Shown here one piece after another: positions 21,530 through 31,339 of a DNA stretch of 64,000 nucleotides. The notes under the pieces are model-generated. The model did not search any database, was not told the DNA's origin, and saw only the letters and a list, made by a program, of their open reading frames with translations. The stretch comes from Macrostomum lignano (lineage: Eukaryota). Position 1 is the stretch's first letter. Every line of letters starts with the position of its first letter. The position numbers were made by a program, and so were the translations under genes. Where the stretch lies: contig NIVC01002079.1 of the NCBI GenBank assembly GCA_002269645.1, forward strand, positions 142,640 to 206,639, written 5' to 3'.

Positions 21530-22770
21530 GACTCCCCGTGAAACCATGCTTGGATTCCCCGTGAAACCATGCTTGAATTCCTCGTGAAACCATGCTTGAA
21601 TTCCCCGTGAAACCATGCTTGAATTCCCCGTAAAACCATGCTTGAATTCCCCGTGAAACCATGCTTAAATTCCCCGTGAAACCATGCTTGAATTCCCCGT
21701 GAAACCATGCTTGAATTCCCCGTGAAACCATGCTTGAATTCCCCGTGAAACCATGCTTGAATTCCTCGTGAAACCATGCTTGAATTCCCCGTGAAACCAT
21801 GCTTGAATTCCCCGTGAAACCATGCTTAAATTCCCCGTGAAACCATGCTTGAATTCCCCGTGAAACCATGCTTAAATTCCCCGTGAAACCATGCTTGAAT
21901 TCCCCGTGAAACCATGCTTAAATTCCCCGTGAAACCATGCTTGAATTCCCCGTGAAACCATGCTTGAATTCCCCGTGAAACCATGCTTGAATTCCCCGTA
22001 AAACCATGCTTGAATTCCCCGTGAAACCATGCTTGAATTCCCCGTAAAACCATGCTTGAATTCCCCGTGAAACCATGCTTAAATTCCCCGTGAAACCATG
22101 CTTGAATTCCCCGTGAAACCATGCTTGAATTCCCCGTGAAACCATGCTTGAATTCCCCGTGAAACCATGCTTGAATTCCCCGTAAAACCATGCTTGAATT
22201 CCCCGTGAAACCATGCTTGAATTCCCCGTAAAACCATGCTTGAATTCCCCGTGAAACCATGCTTAAATTCCCCGTGAAACCATGCTTGAATTCCCCGTGT
22301 AGCCGGCCTGAATTTCTTGTGAAATCAACTTGAATTTCCCATGAAACCATGCTTAAATTCCCCGTGAAACCATGACTGAATTCCCCATAAAACTGACTGA
22401 ATTCCCCATAAAACTATAACTTAATTCCCCATAAAACCATGACTGAATTCCCCGTGAAGCCGGCTCGAATTTCTTGTGAAATCAACTTTAATTCCCCATG
22501 AAACCAGCTTGAATTCCCCATAAAACCATAACTGAATTCCCCGTGAAACGATGACTGAATTCCCCGTGAGACCATGACTGAATTCCCCGTAAAACCATGA
22601 CTGAATTCCCCGTAAAACCATGACTGAATTCTCCGTGAGACCATAACTGAATTCCCCGTAAAACCATGACTGAATTCCCCGTGAGACCATGACTGAATTC
22701 CCCGTAAAACCATGACTGAATTCCCCGTGAAACCATGACTGAATTCCCCGTAAAACCATAACTGAATTCC
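21530..22770. repeat. 23-bp minisatellite between the divergent calmodulin-like and AF10 genes
   Basis: CCCCGTGAAACCATGCTTGAATT, switching to ...ATGACTGAATT after about 22370. Confidence 0.97.
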
Positions 22771-22910
22771 AGTTGCAGGCTGTCGCCACGCCGCCGCAAC
22801 CTGCTGCTTTGCTGAGAGCCGCCACAGCAGCCTTTCCATAGCAGCAATCAATCAATCGGCGGCAGGCGGAGCTGTCAATCAATCAAAGCCATAATATAGG
22901 GGGTTAAAAT

Positions 22911-23440
22911 ATGAAAGAGATGATCGGCGGCTGCTGCGTCTGCTCAGAGGAACGCGGCTGGTCGGACAATCCGCTGGTGTACTGCGACGGGGCTCAGTGC
23001 AGCGTGGCAGTGCACCAGGCCTGCTACGGCATCCCCATTATCCCGATGGCTCCTGGTACTGCCGCAAGTGCGAGAGCAACGAGCGAGTCGCCAGGGTCCG
23101 CTGCGAGCTCTGCCCGAGCAGGTCCGGCGCTTTGAAACGCACCGATCGAGGCACCTGGTGTCACGTGATCTGCGCCCTGTTCATCCCCGAGGTGGACTTT
23201 GGCGACAAGGCGCTGATGGAGCCGGTGCTGCTGGAACGAGTGCCAGCCGAGAAGTTCAACAGGCTGTGCTACATCTGCGAGTCCCGCGGCCAGTCTGAGA
23301 GGGCGGTGGCCGGCGCCTGCATGCAGTGCAACAAGTCCGGCTGCAGGCTATGCTTTCATGTCACCTGCGCCCAGACACTCGGCCTGCTGTGCGAAGAGAG
23401 CGAAGCCAATGGCTCTGTGCGATTCTGCGGCTACTGTCAG
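22911..23440 (+). CDS. MLLT10: AF10/AF17 (Alhambra) homolog, exon 1 (PZP domain), with an apparent 1-nt deletion at about 23042-23045
   Basis: MKEMIGGCCVCSEERGWSDNPLVYCDG...VHQACYGI in one frame and WYCRKCES...RCELCP...GALKRTD...HVICALFIPEV in the next. The exon is 530 nt and needs 531. Donor CAG|GTGAGC. Confidence 0.92.
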
Positions 23441-23448
23441 GTGAGCTG

Positions 23449-23741
<293 letters not shown>

Positions 23742-23919
23742 GGCCCTGACTTTCTCATTGCCAGACAGCGCACACTCTCAGCGCCTTAAAAGTTAGCCGG
23801 CACTACAACGCACGACAATCCCTACAGGCAATTTTTTCTTTTATAAATCGCAAAATCAATCAATTCAGTCAAGTGCAGACTCGAACCTGGGACGTTGTTC
23901 TTCTAAAATTTGATTGCAG

Positions 23920-24885
23920 GGCCACTTCAAGAAGCTGGACAAGCGCGGCTCGGGCATCAAGCCCATACCGGCCTACATATCGCCTGAGCCGCCAGCCGTT
24001 AAACCGGGCACTTCCGCTTCCGCCTCCGCCGTGGCAACCGGCCTTAGCAACGGCGCCGCCCGCGGCCACTCATTATCATCGTCATTAGCAACGGAGCCGG
24101 TCAGCCCGGACGCGGCGCCGCCTGCATTGAAGCAATTCGGCGCCGATGAGGACGACCTTGATGAAGAGAATCGCAAATCCGGCTTCGCTGCACATCCGGC
24201 GGAAACGGCGCCAGGCAGAAACGGACACCGCGCCGGCGGCGGCAGCCCGCCTCCGCTGCTGCGCCTGGGAGCCCCGCTGCTGCAGCCGGCAACTCCAGCG
24301 GAACCGTCGCCTTTGTCCTTCGTCGCCGCCCCCGCTGACCCCGCCGCCGCCACCAGCGCCTCCAAGTCCAGCAGCGGAGAGACCGTGGCGGCGGCCTCCG
24401 TTTCCCCGGTGCCGCTGCCGAAGAAACGCCAGCTGGCCGTTGCCGCCGCTGCCGCAGCAGCCGCCGCATCCACCGCCGCCAGCGAAGCCGGCCGACAGCA
24501 GCGTCAGGCAAAGCCGAAGCAACTGCAGCAGCAGCCTAAGCGGGAGAAGATGGAGAAAAAGCGCCGGAAGCTGGACCTCGGAGGCGCTTCTTCCGTTGGT
24601 ACCGCCGCCGCCGCTTCTTCATCATCGGCCGGACTGAGTCAGCTCAGTCTTAGCCCGCCGCTGCATCCTTCGCCACCTTTGCCTCACCGTTCCATCCAAA
24701 GTCCCCGACAGCAGCAGCAGCCGCCTCCGCCGCCTCCGCTGCCGTACGTTGGGCCGCCGCTGCCCCGCGGCCTGACCCTGGCCGAGCTGAACGATCCCGG
24801 ACACGCCAGCGGCGGCACCTGCATGAGCATGGCTGACCTGCTCGAGTGGCAATGGGAACAGACTGGGGACTTTCTAATGCAGCAG
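23920..24885 (+). CDS. MLLT10: AF10 homolog, exon 2
   Basis: Acceptor gattgcag|GGC gives YCQ-GHFKKL (AF10: YCKYHFSKM). Ends with the octapeptide motif DLLEWQWEQTGDFLMQQ. Donor CAG|GTTGGT. Confidence 0.88.
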
Positions 24886-24924
24886 GTTGGTTAAAGACAG
24901 GGACAATCGACTTTGTAAAACAGT

Positions 24925-25560
24925 AGTCCACAACATCTATAGATGTCCCTGATCAGCAGTCCACAGCATCTATAGATGTCCCTGATCAGCAGTCCACAGC
25001 ATCTATAGATGTCCCTGATCAGTAGTCCACAACATCTATAGATGTCCCTGATCAGCAGTCCACAGCATCTATAGATGTCCCTGATCAGCAGTCCACAGCA
25101 TCTATAGATGTCCCTGATCAGCAGTCCACAACATCTATAGATGTCCCTGATCAGCAGTCCACAGCATCTATAGATGTCCCTGATCAGCAGTCCACAGCAT
25201 CTATAGATGTCCCTGATCGGCAGTGCACGGCTTCTATAGATGTCCCTGATCGGCAGTCCACAGCATCTATAGATGTCCCTGATCAGCAGTCCACAGCATC
25301 TATAGATGTCCCTGATCAGCAGTCCACAGCATCTATAGATGTCCCTGATCAGCAGTCCACAGCATCTATAGATGTCCCTGATCAGCAGTCCACAGCATCT
25401 ATAGATGTCCCTGATCAGCAGTCCACAGCATCTATAGATGTCCCTGATCAGCAGTCCACAGCATCTATAGATGTCCCTGATCAGCAGTCCACAGCATCTA
25501 TAGATGTCCCTGATCAGCAGTCCACAGCATCTATAGATGTCCCTGATCAGCAGTCCACAG
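24925..25560. repeat. 33-bp minisatellite, AF10 intron 2
   Basis: Unit GTCCACAGCATCTATAGATGTCCCTGATCAGCA, about 19 copies. Confidence 0.97.
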
Positions 25561-25594
25561 CTCGCTCAATCTTCATGCTTTGCTGCCCCGCCAG

Positions 25595-26665
25595 GTGGAG
25601 AGCACGGACATCGCCAGCCTGCTCACCTGCCTGCACCAGCTGCAGAAGGAGAACCGCGCCCTCGAACAGCAGATCGGCAACCTGCAGCGTCGAAAAGACC
25701 GACTGCAGTCGCTCACCAGCAAGCTGCAGCAGCCTCTGCCAGCTGTACAGCCCGCCTCAGTTGTCATTTCAGCCTCCGCTGGCGCTGCTTCTTCAGCTTC
25801 ATCTGCAGCTCCGCAGCAGCAGCAGGCAAGCGTTAACCTGCTACAGACTGGCGTCAGCAGCTGCTCTGCTGCCGTCACCAACCTGCTCAACGTGTCTACC
25901 GCAGCCTCTTCGGGTACAATGAGTGCTAATTTGCCAGCAACTCCGCAGCAGCTGCATCAGATGCAGAGTCAGACTCAGCATCAGTATCCTCAGCAGCATA
26001 TGCCTACAACGCCTCAGCAGCAGCAACAGCCCCAGCAGTTGAGTCCCGCTATGCCAATGGCTCAGTTCTCGCCACTGCTCATGCAGCAGCAGCAACAACA
26101 TCAGAAGCAGCAGTTTGTCAATCATCAGCTGATGAACCAGCATCACCGACAGCCTCCTCATCCTGGCTACCACCCGGTTCAGCAGCAACAGCAGCCTCAT
26201 CATCATCATCATAATCAGGCACCGGGCCCATCAGTCGCTTCCAGCATCGGCGCCTATCACCCGCAGCAGCACCAGCAGATGGCCATGGCAGCCGCCGCCG
26301 CTGCCGCAGCCGCCGCAGCCGCTCGGATGCCAGCGCAGCAGCCGCAGCAACAGCAGCCGCAGCAGCAGCAGCAGCAGCAGCAACATCACCTGGTTGGCCA
26401 CCACTCTGCTCAAAGTGCCGCTGGCAACTACCTACCAATGCCGTCTGCCCACCACCTCATGCTGACTGGCAGGACCCCGCCTCAGCAGCAGCAGCAGCAG
26501 CAGCAGACTGTAGCCATTTCACCTCCGTCTGGGCCAACCGGGCTGGCTGGCGTGTCGCCAACGGCTGGTCGTCAGCCTGCTGCTCCTGCTGCCGGCTCCA
26601 GCGGCGGCGCTAGGAAGAAAGCGGCCGGACCCAAAGCACCTGCAGCAGCAGCGACCAAATATTGA
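25595..26665 (+). CDS. MLLT10: AF10 homolog, exon 3 (leucine zipper plus Gln-rich tail); total about 855 aa
   Basis: Acceptor cccgccag|. DIASLLTCLHQLQKENRALEQQIGNLQRRKDRLQ matches the DOT1L-binding OM-LZ of AF10. Confidence 0.9.
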   Translation: MESTDIASLLTCLHQLQKENRALEQQIGNLQRRKDRLQSLTSKLQQPLPAVQPASVVISASAGAASSASSAAPQQQQASVNLLQTGVSSCSAAVTNLLNVSTAASSGTMSANLPATPQQLHQMQSQTQHQYPQQHMPTTPQQQQQPQQLSPAMPMAQFSPLLMQQQQQHQKQQFVNHQLMNQHHRQPPHPGYHPVQQQQQPHHHHHNQAPGPSVASSIGAYHPQQHQQMAMAAAAAAAAAAAARMPAQQPQQQQPQQQQQQQQHHLVGHHSAQSAAGNYLPMPSAHHLMLTGRTPPQQQQQQQQTVAISPPSGPTGLAGVSPTAGRQPAAPAAGSSGGARKKAAGPKAPAAAATKY

Positions 26666-26799
26666 TTCGATGTGTTATTTGGTATGACATTACTCCTATA
26701 AATCATTAAATTGCTTTTCTGCCTTCGACTCGCGGCTTTTAGCTTCATAGAAATGGATATCTTTAAATATCCCCATTGTAATTACGATTGGGATTATAA

Positions 26800-27055
26800 A
26801 CCTAAAATACCCCATCCAGATTCTAATCCCCACTTCAATTATAATCCCAAAATATCCCATCCCTGATTCTAATCCCCACTTTAATTATAATCCCAAAATA
26901 TCCCATCCAGATTCTAATCCCCACTTCAATTATAATCCCAAAATATCCCATCCAGTTTCTAATCCCCACTTCAATTATAATCCCAAAATATCCCATCCAG
27001 ATTCTAATCCCCACTTCAATTATAATCCCAAAATATCCCATCCAGATCCCAATTC
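26800..27055. repeat. 45-bp minisatellite
   Basis: Unit AATATCCCATCCAGATTCTAATCCCCACTTCAATTATAATCCCAA, about 5.5 copies. Confidence 0.9.
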
Positions 27056-28059
27056 CCACCCACAGCAGCAGTTGCTCAGAGCAGTAGTATGACGTGTGTT
27101 TTGTAATTGAAACTCTGTTGTGCTTATAAAATCGCTTATATTATAATTAATTAGCACAGCGCATTAATAGTTTCAAACTAATTGTGGAAATTTAAGATTT
27201 ATTGATTGGGGATGGCGGTAGGCGCGTGCGCTGTAAAATATTGAACCAGCTTTTTACTTCAAATTTAATCTTTTTGTGTTCCCCGCATTGCCTGAGTGTG
27301 TCTCTGTTTTCAATGGTTTATTTAGTTAGTATCATTAGTTTGCTGTGAGTTCGTGTTACACAGTTTTCCTTACCACGAGTGTTTAATCAGTTTATTGGTC
27401 TGTTTAATTCACACAATTTATTTAGCACTATTATCCATTTTGGTTTTGCGCTTCTATTTTGTAATTAATTTTTTATTTCTAAATGATCAACCAGCGACTC
27501 TGTGTTGCTGTATAGTAACATTACTGTGTAAATAGTAATATTAGTAACTTTTATTTAATATAACTGCTGCCGGCTTCTCAACAATTGTTGATGAATTCAT
27601 GAATGACTTTAATAAATTGTCCAGTCAAATGTGCGCGTTTATTTGTGCTTATTATGACTTTTAAGCATGCACAAGCAATACATACTACTTAGGCGAAACA
27701 GTTTGCAAGTAGTCAGATTGGCATATGTTTATTTACACAGAAATTGTTTTTAATAAACTTCAAGCCACACAGGTGATATTCATAACGCTATCAGTTACAA
27801 TATGAAATATGGAATAAAATTAATGTGAAATATTAATGAAAACAATGAGAAAGAAACGCACTGGGGATGAGATATGTAAGCGCAGCGCATTTAGAATGTG
27901 ACAAAATGAGTTCGTTTTGAGATTACTAAACGCACGCCTAATATAAGCCTAATATAAGTCTTTGAATTTTGAAAGCTGCTGAAATCTTGTACTAAACATT
28001 TTAAACTGTTCGGCAACCAATGGCATAGCGAACAAATAGGTAGATATACATGTAGAAGC

Positions 28060-28490
28060 CAGCTGGCATAGCAACCAATGAGTATCATAGAAACCAGTTG
28101 GCATAGCAACCAATGAGTATCATAGAAACCTGTTGGCATAGCAACCAATGAGTATCATAGAAACCTGTTGGCATAGCAACCAATGAGTATCATAGAAACC
28201 TGTTGGCATAGCAACCAATGAGTATCATAGAAACCTGTTGGCATAGCAACCAATGAGTATCATAGAAGCCAGTTGGCATAGCAACCAATGAGTATCATAG
28301 AAACCAGTTGGCATAGCAACCAATGAGTATCATAGAAGCCTGTTGGCATAGCAACCAATGAGTATCATAGAAGCCAGTTGGCATAGCAACCAATGAGTAT
28401 CATAGACACCAGTTAGCATAGCAACCAGTGGGTATTATAGAAATCAGTTGGCAAAGCAACCAATGAGTATCATAGAAGCCAGCTGGCATA
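28060..28490. repeat. 35-bp minisatellite
   Basis: Unit TTGGCATAGCAACCAATGAGTATCATAGAAACCTG, about 12 copies. Confidence 0.95.
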
Positions 28491-28534
28491 GCAACAAGAA
28501 ACCCAGTACGCGTGAAGTGCACCGCCTCTTCATC

Positions 28535-29913
28535 TCACCTGTGCGCTACCAGTTGGGGGTGGAAATTTCCCCCAGAGGCGGCAGCGGCGGCGGCTGCGGC
28601 AGCGGCGGCAGCAGCGGCTGCTCCGCCACCCTGCGCCTGCGAGCAGGTGGCCATGTGCTGCGGCCAGTGCCTCTGCTGGCACTTGGCGTCGCAGTAGGAC
28701 GTGTTCCAGCAGCAGTAAAAGAACGCCTCCTTGCTGCAGAACGCGCACCACTGTTTCCGCTTCACCTCCTCCAGCTGGCGTCTCGAGTCGGTCTCGAACG
28801 CCTGGCAGGCGGCGCTCAGCACGTTCTGTTTCTCGATGTCAAAGGCGGCCCGCAGCTCGCACATGGCCAGGCGGTGGTTGTGCTCTAGCTCGCTGGCCTG
28901 CAGCTGGTGCAGGAACTGCAGGCGGGCCATCTCGGCCGCGTGCTGGCGCCGCTGCACAATCAGCTTCTGGCTAAGTTGGCTGGCTGACTGCCTCGCCTGC
29001 GAGTCTGCGACTGCTGCCACCTGCTGCGGCTTCCGCTCGGCCAGGTAAGACTCCACCGCGGCGGCGAATGTCTTGATGGCGTCGGCTTTCACCGCCTCCA
29101 GCCAGATGGCCGCTGTCTCCTTGCAGACTGCAGGCTGACTGGAGCTCGGCCGGCCGCCAGGAGCTCGCAGCAACTCGGCCGCCCGGTCCAGCAGGCGGCG
29201 ATTCTCTTCAATGACGTCGGCTGCCTCGCCGCCCGCCCGCTGCAGCCGGTGGTGGCAGAGCAGGCGCAGGTCAGCCAGGAAGGCGGCCTCGGTGGCGAAG
29301 CCTCTGCTGGCGGCCTTCCTGCGCAGCGCCGACAGACTGGACGGACAGTCGGCGTCCTCGCCGTCCTCCAGCAGGTCCGCCCGGTTGTCGACTTCCCCGG
29401 CCAGCGAGTCCGCGACCGCCGTCAAAGTGTCGCTCAGGCGATCCAGCCTTCTCCGCGTCTCCTCCGGGCTGTCCGCCTCGCCCAGTTGAGCGGCCTCGGA
29501 CTCCAGCAGAGCCTCGCACTCCGGACAGGCTGTCCGGCGGCGGTCCGGCCAGCACGGGCGATGGTAGTGCCGGGGACAGGCCGGGCACTGGACACCGTCG
29601 GACACTGCCTGGCAGCAGCGGAAACAAAGCGGCTTCTCCGCCTCCTCGGCTGCCATTTCACCGTTAATCATCAGCCGGGGTCGTTTGGCCGTCGGTGTCG
29701 GCGACTGAGGCGTGTTTCTCCCGTCGTCCGGGTCGTCCGCGAGCAGCAGAGCCGCCCGCCTCGGCGGCGCTTTCCTGCTGGCCCGCCGGCGGCCAATCGG
29801 CGGCTCAGCCGCGGCCTCCGCTGACTGTGCAGTCGCCTCCTCGTCTCGGTTCCCTTCGTGATCTCCCTGATTTGAAGCTTTGGGCTCATCCTCAGTCGGA
29901 TCGCGGTTAGGAT
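28535..29913 (-). CDS. ZMYND8: ZMYND8/RACK7-like protein, long terminal exon (PHD, degenerate bromodomain, coiled coil, MYND)
   Basis: MYND finger KRKQWCAFCSKEAFFYCCWNTSYCDAKCQQRHWPQHMATC, C4HC3 PHD finger and the bromo-like AFLADL. The frame stays open upstream of the ORF-track start to acceptor aatctcccag| at 29914 (phase 1). The first exon was not securely located. Confidence 0.85.
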
Positions 29914-29964
29914 CTGGGAGATTTTTTTAAAGAATTGGGAGCTTGCAATACGTGCCGACCTATT

Positions 29965-30500
29965 GGGATTCCCTAAGATCGATTGGGATTCCCTCAGATC
30001 GATTGGGATTCCCTCAGATCAATTAGGATTCCCTCAGATCGATTGGGATTCCCTCAGATCGATTGGGATTCCCTCAGATCGATTGGGATTCCCTCAGATC
30101 GATTGGGATTCCCTCAGATCGATTGGGATTCCCTCAGATCAATTAGGATTCCCTCAGATCGATTGGGATTCCCTCAGATCAATTAGGATTCCCTCAGATC
30201 AATTAGGATTCCCTCAGATCAATTGGGATTCCCTCAGATCGATTGGGATTCCCTCAGATCGTTTGGGATTTCCTAATTTATCGGGATTCGCCAAGGTCTA
30301 TTGGGGTTCCCTCAGATTGATTGGGATTCCCTCAGATCGACTGGGATTCCCTCAGATCGATTGGGATTCCCTCAGATCGATTGGGATTCCCTCAGATCAA
30401 TTGGGATTCCCTCAGATCGATTGGGATTCCCTCAGATCAATTGGGATTCCCTCACATCAATTGGGATTCCGTCACATCAATTGGGGTTCCCTCAGATTTA
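29965..30500. repeat. 20-bp minisatellite in the ZMYND8-like intron
   Basis: Unit GATTGGGATTCCCTCAGATC, in two blocks. Confidence 0.95.
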
Positions 30501-30764
30501 TTGGGATTCTCTGATCTATCGGGATTCGCCAAGGTCTATTGAGATTCTGATTCGGGTCTATTGTGCTTCCCTTAGATCTTTAGAGATTAGCATGAAGTCT
30601 AATTCCCTCAGGTTTCTAGTTAATGAGGCTACAAGAGGACACGAAATGCTGCACATCGGCCCTGCCGGCCCACACACACTGTTGCTTACTCTCTAGTCTG
30701 AGACAACTGCCCGGTCCTCTGTCTTCTCTCCCCCTCTCCGTCCTTGCATCTCCATCCCCCTTCG

Positions 30765-31140
30765 GTTGCCATTGGCAACAGTGATACGCTGCCATCCAGC
30801 CCGGAACACAACAACTCAGCAAAGCTGGGCCGTTGCCATGGTGACTGCTTAGGCTGAGAATTATCCCCGCAGGTAAACAGGAAGAAAAAAACTGCCGTGC
30901 GTCGGTGGGGAGCTGATCCGCAGTCGAGAGAAGCGTTGAAGAGGCACGGGTGGGAAGGGACAGAAGGGTTGGGGATCTGGGCAATGCTCTGACTGAGAAG
31001 GGGATGCGGATTCCGCGGGCCAGCCTATAAGAGAGCCGGCCGGCTTCCTGCAGCAGGTCCTGCAGTGTTTTGCTGCTGCCTGTGCGCGCCTCCTGTTCCC
31101 AGGGGGAGGGGCGCCAATTTGAACTTGTCTCCATGGTTAC
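30765..31140. promoter_or_regulatory. Cluster of three RFX X-box-like motifs
   Basis: GTTGCCATTGGCAAC (30765), GTTGCCATGGTGAC (30832) and GTCTCCATGGTTAC (31127), upstream of the ZMYND8-like exon. Confidence 0.45.
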
Positions 31141-31339
31141 TGCCCCCACAGTCTCCACCGAACAATGGGGCTCCCGAGAATTGAGAGAGGTGGATAGAGG
31201 GTTGGGATGTACCTGACGGAGCTTATCCACACTTAGACTGTTGAATTAGATTATTAAGCTTAGGCGCTAATTTTTTAATTAGAGACTCGTGACGCCGCGC
31301 GCAGGCACAGTGCAGTGCAGAAGTTGAACGAAAGAAGAG

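Noticed and set aside
23035-23050. Programmed ribosomal frameshift in AF10
   Set aside because: There is no slippery heptamer or evident stimulatory structure; a homopolymer indel is simpler.
30690-30775. Minus-strand MATEGG peptide identical to the junctophilin start, as a candidate first exon of the ZMYND8-like gene
   Set aside because: That frame ends in phase 2 at the GTAAGC donor while the next exon needs phase 1; the six-residue match is likely chance.
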